From Candidatus Eiseniibacteriota bacterium (GTDB taxonomy: Bacteria > Eisenbacteria > RBG-16-71-46), in the NCBI GenBank assembly GCA_963707915.1, contig OY970178.1:3072001-3136000 (forward strand): a stretch of DNA of 64,000 nt, given 5' to 3'. The notes below the pieces were generated by a model, which worked only from the letters and a program-made list of their open reading frames with translations, had not been told where the DNA came from and did no database searches. Positions 49,663 through 62,221 of this stretch are shown in pieces; positions within the stretch are counted from its first letter, which is position 1, and each line of letters starts with the position of its first letter. Both the position numbers and the translations under genes were made by a program.

Positions 49663-50487
49663 ATGACCCACCCTGACGACGTACTGCGCGCGCGCGAGTG
49701 GCTCGAGCGCCAGTTGGCCGACCTCGGTCAACTGCGCAACGCGACGCGGCGTGACCAGAGTTTCAAGACGTGGCGGCAGCAGACCCTCACGGTGATCCAG
49801 CGGGTCTGGCCCGGCGACGCGCGCCGGGTGGACCGCTTCCGCCGCATCCCGTTCAGTCCGCCGGGCCAGCATGCCACGGCCGACCAGGTGCGCGATGGCT
49901 ACGAGCGCGGCTGGGGCGAGGCGGGGGTGCTGCTGCGGGAGTTCCTCTCCGAGATCAACCTGCTCGGCCTGCCGCAGATCCGCGCGGCCGGGACCAGCGC
50001 GGGCTCGGAGACCGAGGCCGCGATGGGTCCGATCCCGGCGCTGGACGGCCGCAAGGCGCCGCGGCCGCCGGCAGCCGCCGCGCCGGCCGCCGCCGCGCCG
50101 GCCGCCCCGGGCCCGCCTACGGGACCCCCGCCACTCGAACGCCGGTCCGGCGGTGACGTCGGCCGCGCGATGGACCGGCTGCTGGGGCGCGCGCGGGGCT
50201 TTGCCGGACCGGCCGAAGTGCCGCCCGCGCCTCAGGACGCGGCGCCCGAGCCGGGCTCTCCGGCGGCGGAGCTGGAGCGGATCGCGGGCGAGCTGGAGAC
50301 GCTGGGGCTCACGCCGGCGATGGCCGTCCCGGCACGCGCCGCGCTGCTCGCGCTGGCGCGCGAGGCGCGCTCGAAGCCGCCGCGCTGGGAGTTGGTGGGC
50401 GAGGCGCTGGCCCACGCCGGGGCCACCCCGGCGCTGGCGCGGCGCGTGCTGCCGCTGCTGCACGAGTTCGTCGCGAAAGCGGCGTAG
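49663..50487 (+). CDS. Hypothetical protein, two helical domains with Pro/Ala linker
   Basis: RBS GGAGG; GC3-biased codons. Confidence 0.65.
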   Translation: MTHPDDVLRAREWLERQLADLGQLRNATRRDQSFKTWRQQTLTVIQRVWPGDARRVDRFRRIPFSPPGQHATADQVRDGYERGWGEAGVLLREFLSEINLLGLPQIRAAGTSAGSETEAAMGPIPALDGRKAPRPPAAAAPAAAAPAAPGPPTGPPPLERRSGGDVGRAMDRLLGRARGFAGPAEVPPAPQDAAPEPGSPAAELERIAGELETLGLTPAMAVPARAALLALAREARSKPPRWELVGEALAHAGATPALARRVLPLLHEFVAKAA

Positions 50488-50604
50488 CCCCGGTCCCGCC
50501 GGGACGGACCGCGCGGTTGCCCGGGGACGCCACCCGGGCCCTCCGGCCGTGGACCGTTGCGCCACGGCTCCTGTGCTATCCTGCGATTCCCTAAGGGAAT
50601 CCGC

Positions 50605-53274
<2,670 letters not shown>

Positions 53275-53461
53275 ACATGCGCCCGCGCGATTGACCGCGG
53301 GGACGGCTTCGTGTTCCACTGGGCGGGTTCGTCCAGTGTCATCCCGGCAGGGAGCGGCGGGGCCCGACACGATCCGGATCCGAGCGCAGGCCTCCGGATG
53401 ACCCGCCACCCTTCGTCCACGGCCTCCAGGGGCTCCACCTCGAGCGGTGCGCGAATCCTCC

Positions 53462-54706
53462 TTGAAGACCATCCTCTTCGTCGATGACAGCCCGGCCGCT
53501 TCGTACGGTGGATCCAAGCGCGTCCTGGTGGACATCGCCACCCGTCTCGATCGTTCCGAGTGGCGCCCATACGCCGCCTTCCGTACCGACGGTCCGTACC
53601 GGGCCGAACTCGACGCCGCGGGGATCCCCACGCTGGTCTATGGCAGGCTCGCGCAGCGCTCCCGGTCGGTGGCGTTCCCGGCCTGGCTCCGGTGGCTCGG
53701 GCTCGACACCGCCCCCGAGGGGACGGTGCGCCGGGCCGCCCTGCGCCGCGCCCTCTGGAACGGGCGCGCGGCCTTCCGCTGCCTGTGGCCGGACCGCTTG
53801 CTGGCGCGCCGGCTGTGCGCCGCGCTGCCCCGCGACGTCGCGGTGGTCCACTACAACTCCCGCATGTCGGACGGCTGCGAGTGGGCGCACGTGGCGCGGT
53901 GGCTCGGCGCCGCGCTGGTGATCCACGATCACGAGGTGTGGCGGGAGCCGACCAGCCTGTATCGCCGCGTGGCGCGCCGGGCCGCGTGCCTGGTCTGCCT
54001 GACGGAGGAGCGCGCGGGGAAGCTGCGCGAGTTCTGCGGAAGCGCCATCCGGGCGACGGTGGTCTCCAACGGGGTCGATCTGGACGCGCTCCAGGCCCGC
54101 CGCGAGCCGGACAAGGTCGCCGCGCTCCGGGCGGAACTGCGGGGCCGCCCGCTGCTCGTGACGGCCGCTCACTACCGGCCCTGGAAGGGGCAGCTGCAGG
54201 CCCTCGACGCGGCGGCGCGGCTGGTCGCCGAGGGCCGCTCGTTCCTCTGGAGGTTCTGCGGGCACCCGTCGGACCCGGCCTACTTCGAGGCCCTCCAGGC
54301 CCGGGTCGGGGCCCTCGGCCTCGGGAGCCACGTCGTCATCGAGCCGCACCGGGACGACGTGCCGGCGCTGCTCGAGGCCGCCGACGTCGCGGTGCACACC
54401 TCGATCGAGACCGAGCCGTTCAGCCTCTCCATCCTCGAGGCCATGGGCTTCGGCGTTGCCGTCGTCGCGGCGCGTGCCGGCGGACACACGGAGGTCGTCC
54501 GCCACGGCGTGGAGGGTCTCCTCTACGCCCCGCGGGACGTGGCGGATCTGGCGGAGGCGCTCGCCGCGCTGCTCGCGGACCCGGCGCTTCGGCAGCGGCT
54601 CGGCGCGGCCGGCCTGGAGCGCGTTCGCACCTCCTACTCCCTCGCCACCCAGGTGGAGCGCCTCGAAGCGATCTACCGGGAGGCCGTCCTCGCGGGAGCC
54701 GGCTAG
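53462..54706 (+). CDS. GT4 glycosyltransferase
   Basis: YGGS; NGVD; PWKG; EPFSLSILEAM...GGHTEVV; start TTG 53462 or GTG 53447. Confidence 0.9.
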   Translation: MKTILFVDDSPAASYGGSKRVLVDIATRLDRSEWRPYAAFRTDGPYRAELDAAGIPTLVYGRLAQRSRSVAFPAWLRWLGLDTAPEGTVRRAALRRALWNGRAAFRCLWPDRLLARRLCAALPRDVAVVHYNSRMSDGCEWAHVARWLGAALVIHDHEVWREPTSLYRRVARRAACLVCLTEERAGKLREFCGSAIRATVVSNGVDLDALQARREPDKVAALRAELRGRPLLVTAAHYRPWKGQLQALDAAARLVAEGRSFLWRFCGHPSDPAYFEALQARVGALGLGSHVVIEPHRDDVPALLEAADVAVHTSIETEPFSLSILEAMGFGVAVVAARAGGHTEVVRHGVEGLLYAPRDVADLAEALAALLADPALRQRLGAAGLERVRTSYSLATQVERLEAIYREAVLAGAG

Positions 54707-54707
54707 C

Positions 54708-55768
54708 TGTGGAGTCTCAGGACGTTGTTCTCACCCGGGGTCGCAACCGACTGAAGGGTGGTAGGCCGTCCAGACTACCGTGTGGACGTCTCTGGTTGTA
54801 GTAGCGAAGCCAGCGGGGCAGGACGCGGGCCCGGACCTCGGAGGTCAGGTAGGCGGCCCCGTAGGCCCACTCGCGGATCAGGGTCTGGATGAAGCGCTCG
54901 GCCTTGCCGTTCGTCCTCGGGCGGTAGGGCCGCGTACGTTTGTGGACCAAGCGCAGCCGTTCCACCTCGTGAGCAAAGCAGCGCGCGAGGTAGCCCGAGC
55001 CGTTGTCACTGAGGATTCGGCGGATGCGGATGCCCAAGGTGCGGAACCAGGCCACAGCACGACGCAGGAACGCTGCCGAGGTCACGCCGGTCTCGTCCCG
55101 CAGCACCTCGGCATAGGCGATCCGGCTGCGGTCGTCGATGGCGACGTGCACGTAGTCCCAGCCCACCCGATGACCCCGTCGCCGGCGGTCTCCGGTGATG
55201 CGGTGACCGTAGAAGCCACTGATCCGCCCCAGTTTCTTGACGTCGAAGTGGAGCAGGTCCCCCGGGCGACGATGCTGGTAGCGGTTCGCGGGCTCCTGCG
55301 GCTCGAGCTTCTGGAGCCGTTCCAGCCCGGCGCGTTTGAGCACCCGCGCCACCGTTGCCCGCGGACGCTTCAGGTCCCGGGCGATCTGCGGCCCGGTCAT
55401 CCTCGTGCGCCGCAGCAGCAGGATCATCTCCCGCCATTCGATCGGGGTCGCGTGGGGGTGGCGCCGAGGCCGCGAGCTGCGGTCCTGCAGGCTGGCCGAG
55501 TCCTCGGCCTGGTAGCGGCCCAGCCACTTGTGGGCCGTCCGGCGGCTGATCCCTGCGGCCGTGGCCGCTCGGGTCACGCTCCAGCCCGACTCCCGTACCC
55601 GGCCAACAAGCAGTGCTCGACTGGCAGGGCAGGTCCGTGCTCCACTGTGGAGGTTCATCCGGGGTTCCTCGCTGGTCAGACGTTGACGGCTTCGAACACC
55701 ACCAACATCTGTCAGAAGGACCCCGGTTGAACAGTCTCAACCTGTGAACAACCTAGTGAGACTCCACA
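54708..55768 (-). mobile_element. IS481-family insertion sequence, 1061 bp
   Basis: Ends TGT...ACA; imperfect IRs TGTGGAGTCTCAnnnnGTTGTTC; 6-bp duplication GCTAGC at 54702-54707 and 55769-55774. Confidence 0.95.
54717..55658 (-). CDS. IS481-family DDE transposase
   Basis: HTH; LQDRSSRP; LLHFDVKKLG; AIDDRSR; SDNG; PRTNGKAERF; YNQRRPHGSL. Confidence 0.95.
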   Translation of the reverse strand: MNLHSGARTCPASRALLVGRVRESGWSVTRAATAAGISRRTAHKWLGRYQAEDSASLQDRSSRPRRHPHATPIEWREMILLLRRTRMTGPQIARDLKRPRATVARVLKRAGLERLQKLEPQEPANRYQHRRPGDLLHFDVKKLGRISGFYGHRITGDRRRRGHRVGWDYVHVAIDDRSRIAYAEVLRDETGVTSAAFLRRAVAWFRTLGIRIRRILSDNGSGYLARCFAHEVERLRLVHKRTRPYRPRTNGKAERFIQTLIREWAYGAAYLTSEVRARVLPRWLRYYNQRRPHGSLDGLPPFSRLRPRVRTTS

Positions 55769-55769
55769 G

Positions 55770-56726
55770 CTAGCGGCCGACGAGCCGTCCGAGGGCCCTG
55801 CTCAGGACCTTCCCCGGGGCGAAGTCGTAGCGCAGGCTGGTGAGCAGGCAGCGCAATGCCGCCCCGGGGGCGTGGCGGCGGTCCAGGTGGTCGCGGCCCA
55901 GGGCCCACATGCGGCGGGCGTAGATCCGGCGATAGAGCGGGTCGCCCGTGTCGGCGAGCGGCCGGTGGTGGCGCGCGAACACCTGCTCGTACGCGCTCAG
56001 CAGCCGGGCGAAATCGGCGGTGATGCTCCCCGGGGTCTTGACGTAGCGGTACAGCGGGCCGGGCGCGTAGGCGGCGATCACTCCGGAGCGCACCATCCGG
56101 ATGCAGAGCTCCCAGTCCTCGTAACAGCGGAACGCGGGATCGTAGCCGCCGAGCCGCAGCAGCATCCCGCGCTCCAGCAGCACCGTCCGCTCCACGAAGC
56201 AGTGCTCGAGCAGGGCGGGGAGCCAGCCCGAGGTCGGGCCCGCCGGCAGAGCGCTCGCGCGGAACTGCTCGCCTTCGGCGTCCACGCGCACGATGTCGCT
56301 GATGCACCAGCCGGCCCCGGGCGTGCGCCCGACCGCGGCCAGCGCCCGTTCCAGTGCGCGCGGATCGAGCTCGTCGTCCGCGTCGAGCGGCATGATCCAC
56401 TCGCCGTGCGCGCGCCCGACCGCGGCGTTGCGCGCGGCGGAGACGCCGGCGTTGCGCTGCCGGATGACGGCGGCGACCCTGCCCTCCGCCGCGAGCCGCT
56501 CCAGCAGCTGCGGGGTGCCGTCGGTGGAGCCGTCGTCCACGGCGATCACCTCCAGCGCCGGGACGGTCTGGACCTCCACCGAGCGGACCGCGCGCTCCAG
56601 CGTGTTCGCGCGGTCGTGGACCGGGATGCACACGCTGATCGAGCCCCGCACCGACGGTGCCGGGGGGGCCGGGGTCCCGGGCGTGGCCGCGGCGGGACGC
56701 CGGGACGGGTGGGGGCTGTCTTCCAT
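55770..56726 (-). CDS. GT2 glycosyltransferase
   Basis: ISVCIP, VDDGSTD, NAGVSAARN, LDADD, EDWEL. Confidence 0.92.
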   Translation of the reverse strand: MEDSPHPSRRPAAATPGTPAPPAPSVRGSISVCIPVHDRANTLERAVRSVEVQTVPALEVIAVDDGSTDGTPQLLERLAAEGRVAAVIRQRNAGVSAARNAAVGRAHGEWIMPLDADDELDPRALERALAAVGRTPGAGWCISDIVRVDAEGEQFRASALPAGPTSGWLPALLEHCFVERTVLLERGMLLRLGGYDPAFRCYEDWELCIRMVRSGVIAAYAPGPLYRYVKTPGSITADFARLLSAYEQVFARHHRPLADTGDPLYRRIYARRMWALGRDHLDRRHAPGAALRCLLTSLRYDFAPGKVLSRALGRLVGR

Positions 56727-57119
56727 GTCCGTTCGCCTCGCGCCGTGATCGGTCGGTTCGCTCGCGGGCGTCCGGGCGCGCGGAAGACCCGACCGAAGCC
56801 CTGCCGAAGCGGGAGCACCCCGACCGGACTCGCTGCCGGGCTCGACAACACCGTGTGGCGCCGGTGCGTCACTCCCGGGCGTGGGAGGGGAGAAGAGCGG
56901 ACCCGGATACGCGTGTCAAGGGCGGCGTCTCACCGGGTTGCCGGCTCCGGCCCGGATCCCCGCGCGGGGCCGCGGGGGGACCCGTAGAGTGTGGCGGGGC
57001 CATGCATTCCGCCTTGGGAGCGGTCCAGACTTGTGCGCCGCCCGGGGCCGGTGCTCCCGGGGGCGGGGGTCCGCACTCTCAACCCCTTGCGCCGCAACCC
57101 CGGTTGCTCCAACATGCGG

Positions 57120-57135
57120 CGGCACGCTAGGTGCA
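57120..57135 (+). promoter_or_regulatory. sigma54 -24/-12 promoter
   Basis: CGGCACG-CTAG-GTGCA with GG-N10-GC spacing, about 66 nt before the ATG. Confidence 0.6.
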
Positions 57136-57201
57136 ATCGTGGTGAGCCCTTTCCCGAACCACAGTCCCGGCTGAGGCTGGCGACCCTTGTCCCGAGGACC
57201 C

Positions 57202-59154
57202 ATGCACGTCATTCGTGATCGACAGCCGGCCGTCGTCGTCCGGAACGCCTTGATGAGGATCCTGCCGGTGCTGGGCTGCCTGCTCCTCGCGGCGGGCCCG
57301 AGCGCCGCGGCGACCTACTACGTGAGCACCGCCGGCAACGACGCGAACGTCGGCACCCAGTCCTTGCCGTGGCGCACGCTGGCCAAGGCCAATGCCACGC
57401 TCGTGGCCGGGGACGCCTGCTGGATCGCCGCCGGGACGTACGCCGACCCGATCCAGCCCGTCAACTCCGGCACGGGCTACCGCCCCGGCGGGATGATCAG
57501 CTACGTCGGCTCGATCGCGAACCCCGGGGGGGTCGTCGTTCCCTCGCTCGTGCTGCGGGGCCAGTACGTGAGCGTCAAGGGCGTGACCGTCACCATGCCG
57601 TCGACGTCACACCTGGGAGCCATCCTCTCGGGCACCCGCGACTCCCTGTCCTTCTGCACCCTCAACAACGAGTGGGTGCAGATCGACGGCGGCAGCGACA
57701 ACCTGATGGCGAACTGCACCATCAACGCGGGGCATTTCTTCTTCGACGGGCTGGGTACCGCCGACACGACCCCGTTCGTCGTGCGCGACACCATCCGGAA
57801 CTGCACCTTCAACCTGAACCCGACCGACCCTGCCCACACCTCCAACATCACGATGAGCTGGACCGGGGTGAAGTCGTGCCTCATCGACAGCTCCCGCTTC
57901 AACATCACGGCGGGGACGGCCGTCCCCGGTGGCGGCTTCACCAAGCTGTTCTACAGCCAGCGGAACCGGATCGCGGACTGCAAGTGGACGATGACCCTGA
58001 ACACCACCGGGAGCTGCGACGAGTGCTGGAGCTTCCGGATCCGCGACATCAGCCGCTTCAACGTCTTCGAGCGGGACACGTTCTACATGGACGGCGCCGG
58101 CGGTGCGCTGCACGTGGGGTTCTACGCGGCCTGCACGGGGGCGGTGGGGAACAACCTGGCCAACACCAACAACAAGTTCGACCACTGCCTGTGGAAGATC
58201 CCGGTCCAGACCCAGATCGGCGGGGCCGTGGTCTTCCAGGCCCCCGGGACCGCCGACACGCTGGACCACTGCACCATCATCTCGGGGGTCGATCCCGCGA
58301 TCGCGTTCAAGGGCGACGCCGCCACCGTCAACCCGAACTCGCTGGTCATCGACCACTGCACGTTCGTCAGCTTCGGGCCCGAGGGCCGGGTGTTCGACAA
58401 CAGCGACGGGTCGGGCGTGGCGCCGGGCGGGGCGAACGCGTTCACCAACTCGATCTTCTACGCCGCTGCCGCCGCTCCGACGCGGGCGCCGTACTGGCTC
58501 CGCTACCCGACGGGCGTGGCCTCGGATCGCAACCTGTTCTACTCGCAGGGCGGGTCGGGACGCGTGCTCGATCTCGGATTCGCGGACTACCACTCGCTCA
58601 CCCAGGCCTGTACGGACCACGGATACGACTGCAATTCCGTCTTCGGGAACCCGGCGTTCGCCGTCTCGAGTTCGGTCGCGGCCTTCGACCCGCGCCTGCT
58701 GTCGGGCTCCGCGGCGATCGGCCGGGGGGCGGGCGGGAGCGACATCGGCGCGTTCCCTTTCGTCCCCGGCGGCGCTGACCTGACCCCTCCGGCCACGGTC
58801 ACGAACCTGGCGGTCGTGCAGGTGGGCGTCGACTACGCGCTGCTCGGCTGGACCGCCCCGGGCGACAACGGCACCACGGGCACGGTCGCCGCCTACGACC
58901 TGCGCACCTCGACGCAGCCCATCACCGCGGCCAACTTCGCCGCCGCGACCGCGGTGGCGGTGGCGCCCGCGATCCTGCCGGCGGGATCGGCCCAGAGCTA
59001 CGCGGCCACCGGGCTCACCGCATCGACGCCGTACTACTTCGCGCTCAAGGCGCGCGACGCGGCCGGCAACTGGTCCACGGTCAGCAACGTGCCCACGACC
59101 ACCACGACCGCGACGGACCAGGTGCCGCCGGCGCGGATCACCGACCTCCACTAG
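57202..59154 (+). CDS. Secreted right-handed beta-helix protein (pectin-lyase-like) with FN3 domain
   Basis: ATYYVSTAGND..GT...PWRTL..A...AGD...IAAGTY; NCT/HCT ladders; SAAIGRG...DIGAF; FN3; alternative start 57253. Confidence 0.8.
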   Translation: MHVIRDRQPAVVVRNALMRILPVLGCLLLAAGPSAAATYYVSTAGNDANVGTQSLPWRTLAKANATLVAGDACWIAAGTYADPIQPVNSGTGYRPGGMISYVGSIANPGGVVVPSLVLRGQYVSVKGVTVTMPSTSHLGAILSGTRDSLSFCTLNNEWVQIDGGSDNLMANCTINAGHFFFDGLGTADTTPFVVRDTIRNCTFNLNPTDPAHTSNITMSWTGVKSCLIDSSRFNITAGTAVPGGGFTKLFYSQRNRIADCKWTMTLNTTGSCDECWSFRIRDISRFNVFERDTFYMDGAGGALHVGFYAACTGAVGNNLANTNNKFDHCLWKIPVQTQIGGAVVFQAPGTADTLDHCTIISGVDPAIAFKGDAATVNPNSLVIDHCTFVSFGPEGRVFDNSDGSGVAPGGANAFTNSIFYAAAAAPTRAPYWLRYPTGVASDRNLFYSQGGSGRVLDLGFADYHSLTQACTDHGYDCNSVFGNPAFAVSSSVAAFDPRLLSGSAAIGRGAGGSDIGAFPFVPGGADLTPPATVTNLAVVQVGVDYALLGWTAPGDNGTTGTVAAYDLRTSTQPITAANFAAATAVAVAPAILPAGSAQSYAATGLTASTPYYFALKARDAAGNWSTVSNVPTTTTTATDQVPPARITDLH

Positions 59155-59233
59155 GGGCGGGTCGCCGGCCGAAGAACCCGGGCCGGCGGAGGCCGGGACG
59201 CCCGCACGCAGCACCGTGCGGTGGCGCGCGGTC

Positions 59234-60550
59234 CTAGAGGGCGCTGCGCTGGGGCGAGTAGAAGACCACCTTGTTCTTGGGCGGGCGCTTGGCCCTCAGC
59301 AGCGCCTGGTTGGCGGCGCGCCACAGGTCCTCGCCGCTCAGCGCGTGGTCCGGGAACAGCGCCACCCCGAGGCTCATCGTCACGCCCACCGGGTGCCGCT
59401 TGCGGTCGAGCCCCTCGACCTCGATGGCGAGCCGCTCCACCACCGAGCGCAGGCGCTCCGAGACCGTCACCACGTCGTGGGCGTGCACCGGTGAAGTGAG
59501 CAGCACGGCGAACTCCTCGCCGCCCCAGCGCGCCACCGTGTCGAAGGGACGCACGCCGTGGCTCAGCGACTGCGCCACCTGCACCAGCACCTCGTCGCCG
59601 GCCCCGTAGCCGAACGAGGTGTTGAACGACTTGAAGTCGTCGATGTCCGCGATGCACAGCGCCATCGAGGTGCGTTCGCGCTGGGCGCGCGCCATCTCGT
59701 TGCGCAGTTGCAGGTCGAAGTACGAGCGGTTGTAGACCGCGGTGAGCGGATCGATGAAGATCAGCTTCTCGATGCGGGCGGCGCGCTCCAGGACGCCGGC
59801 GCACGAGTCCGCCAGCAGGGCCACCAGCGCCAGCGCGTCGGGCGGGAAGCGGTCGGCGTCGCGCGACAGCACCTCGAGCAGCCCCAGCGGCTCGCCTTCG
59901 AACGTGGCGGCGGCCGCGATCACGGCCGAGCGGATCCCGCGCCGCCGGCCTTCGGCCACGAGCGCGGGACAGCGCTCCGTGTCGGGGCAGTAGAGCAGCG
60001 CGTCGGGCCTCCCGCGCGCCTCGGCGGCGAGCGCGGCGGAGAGCGGTTCGGGGCCGGTGGCCTCGTCGCCGGGGGGGACGAAGCGGACCTCGCTGGCGCC
60101 GAGCAGCTCGCGGCCGGCCCGGTCGAGCTGCTCGATCAGCCCGGGGCGGGTCTGGCCGGAGCGCGGGTCGAAGGCGAGCATGGCCTCGTCGAGCCTGAGC
60201 AGCCGGCGCACCTGCTCGAGCCCGGTCTGGGCCTGCTCGGGCAGGCTCGACCGCAGCACGACCAGCAGCCCGGTGCGCTCCAGTGGGGCGGGCTGCTCGA
60301 GCGTGATGATCCCAAGGGTGTCGCGGGTCTGCCAGCGCCGCACGCGCCGGCCGTTCTCGGAGTCGGGCATGCGGCGCACCGCGCCGGTCTCCTCGAGGCG
60401 CGCGAGCGCGAAGAGGGCGGCCTGCTCGAGCTGGGCCGAGACGCCGGTCTGGAGCGCGCGCTGGACGCGCAGGCGGTCGGTGGGGGGCAATTCGTCCAGC
60501 GGGAGCAGGTGCTCGATGAGCTCCCGAAAGTCGATCGCCTTCTGTCGCAT
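59234..60550 (-). CDS. GAF-GGDEF diguanylate cyclase
   Basis: DPLTAVYNR, DIDDFKSFN, I-site RPFD, ARWGGEEF. Confidence 0.92.
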   Translation of the reverse strand: MRQKAIDFRELIEHLLPLDELPPTDRLRVQRALQTGVSAQLEQAALFALARLEETGAVRRMPDSENGRRVRRWQTRDTLGIITLEQPAPLERTGLLVVLRSSLPEQAQTGLEQVRRLLRLDEAMLAFDPRSGQTRPGLIEQLDRAGRELLGASEVRFVPPGDEATGPEPLSAALAAEARGRPDALLYCPDTERCPALVAEGRRRGIRSAVIAAAATFEGEPLGLLEVLSRDADRFPPDALALVALLADSCAGVLERAARIEKLIFIDPLTAVYNRSYFDLQLRNEMARAQRERTSMALCIADIDDFKSFNTSFGYGAGDEVLVQVAQSLSHGVRPFDTVARWGGEEFAVLLTSPVHAHDVVTVSERLRSVVERLAIEVEGLDRKRHPVGVTMSLGVALFPDHALSGEDLWRAANQALLRAKRPPKNKVVFYSPQRSAL

Positions 60551-60800
60551 GGGGCGTCCCTGCCTCGATTCCGATGCCATCGGGTGCGGCCCTCCGGAGC
60601 CCTGACGAGGTGCGATCTCACGAGGTGCTGGGCCCGCCGATCCCGGTGCGGAGCGAGACAATGGTAGCACAGCCGGGGGGCGCCGGAGCCGTCGCGCGAC
60701 GGACGCGGCGGGCGAGTGGGGCGGCGAGGCGCGGGGCCGGGGCATTCGACCCAGCGGGGGCTCCGCGCCGGGCGGTCGGGCGCGGCCCGTCCGGGGGAGG

Positions 60801-60911
60801 CTAGCGGAAGAACGTGAAGCGCAGGATCAGCAGCAGGAAGAGCAGCAGCAGGTAGAACTGCAGGAAGTACAGGGCGAACCGCTTGCCCTTGGTCATCTTC
60901 ACCGGGGGCAT
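60801..60911 (-). CDS. 36-aa single-pass membrane protein (not in ORF track)
   Basis: MPPVKMTKGKRFALYFLQFYLLLLFLLLILRFTFFR; RBS GAGG; all codons end in G/C; starts 7 nt after upstream stop. Confidence 0.7.
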   Translation of the reverse strand: MPPVKMTKGKRFALYFLQFYLLLLFLLLILRFTFFR

Positions 60912-60918
60912 GGCGGCC

Positions 60919-62208
60919 TCACGTCCTCACCTTGGTCACGACACCCTTCATGACCTCGTTGTAGCGCACCACCCCGAGCAGGTGGTCGTGGTGGTCGACG
61001 ACCGGCAGCAGCCGGTAGTGGTACTTCACGAACAACTCCTGCAGGTCGTCCCGCAGGTCCTCGGCCTCGGCGCTCACCACCGGGGAGATCATGATGTCGC
61101 CCATCAGGGTGTCGTCCTGCGCCAGCACCAGGTCGCGCAGGTCCACCACGCCCTCGAGCACGCGCTCCTCGCCCTCGACCACGTAGACGTACGAGATGCC
61201 ATCGGCCTCGCGGCCGGAGCGGCGGATGTCGCCCAGCACCTCGCCCACGCGGCTCTCCTTGCCGACCGCGAGGAAGTCCGGGGTCATCAGCGAATGGGCG
61301 GTGACCTCGCGCTCCGAGAGGATGGCGTGGAGCCGCCGGGCGGTCTCGGCGGGCAGCATCTTCGTGAGCTCGGTCACGTGGGCATGGGGCAGCACGGTGA
61401 AGAGGTCGGCGAGCTGGGCGACGTTCATCTCCGCGAGCACGGACCGTGCCCGCTCCTCGCGCATGTCGGCGATGATCTGGCGCTGGGCGCGCGGCTCGGC
61501 CTCGAGCAGGGCCTCGGCCGCGGTCTCGGAGTCGAGCGCCGAGAACAGCGCCTCCTGCTCCTTGCCGGAGAGCTCCTCGAGCGCGTCGGCCAGGTCCTCG
61601 GGCGGCAGGTCCACGAGCTGTTTGCGCGTCACCGAGAGCGACACCTTGTCGGTGCTGACGGCGTCCTCGAGGTTGAGCGGCTGGACGTACTTCCAGGTGA
61701 TCAGGTTCTCCTTGAAGAGCTGGAGCCATCCCAGGTGCCAGCGGCGCAGGAAGCCGTTGAACGAGGTGTCCACGTGCACCACGGCCAGCCGGCCGCGGCT
61801 CTCCAGCAATTGCACGTCGTTCACGGCCTCGACGCGGCGGCCGTCGATGTCGAGGATGGTGCGTCCGACCAGGTGGTTCTCGAGCAGCATCCAGCCCGGC
61901 TGGTCCACGAACGGGGGATAGGCCTCGCCCGCCTCGGGCGGCTGCACGAAGATGGCGTCGTCCTCGATGCGCAGCACGCGCTTCCACGGCACGAACTCGG
62001 TGGGCTTGCCCCAGCCGTGCTCGACGACGATGCCGACCGCCTCCGGGTAGAGCTCGGCGAGCGAGAAGACCAGGTCGTCCACCTTGCCGATGCGGTCGTG
62101 GATCTTGCCCTTGCAGACCGGGCGGTGGATCAGCTGCGAGAAATAGAGGAACCGGAACTCTCCCGGCAGCTCGAGGTTCTTCGTGCTCTTCTGGGTGGTC
62201 GCGGTCAT
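60919..62208 (-). CDS. PRC-barrel + MgtE N-terminal + CBS domain protein (no membrane domain)
   Basis: RBS GGAGGTG; ILDIDGRRV..VND; LPPEDLADALEEL; AAEALLEAEP; YVYVV...GVVDLRDL; KYHYRLLPVVD. Confidence 0.88.
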   Translation of the reverse strand: MTATTQKSTKNLELPGEFRFLYFSQLIHRPVCKGKIHDRIGKVDDLVFSLAELYPEAVGIVVEHGWGKPTEFVPWKRVLRIEDDAIFVQPPEAGEAYPPFVDQPGWMLLENHLVGRTILDIDGRRVEAVNDVQLLESRGRLAVVHVDTSFNGFLRRWHLGWLQLFKENLITWKYVQPLNLEDAVSTDKVSLSVTRKQLVDLPPEDLADALEELSGKEQEALFSALDSETAAEALLEAEPRAQRQIIADMREERARSVLAEMNVAQLADLFTVLPHAHVTELTKMLPAETARRLHAILSEREVTAHSLMTPDFLAVGKESRVGEVLGDIRRSGREADGISYVYVVEGEERVLEGVVDLRDLVLAQDDTLMGDIMISPVVSAEAEDLRDDLQELFVKYHYRLLPVVDHHDHLLGVVRYNEVMKGVVTKVRT

Positions 62209-62221
62209 GGTCACCTCCGGC

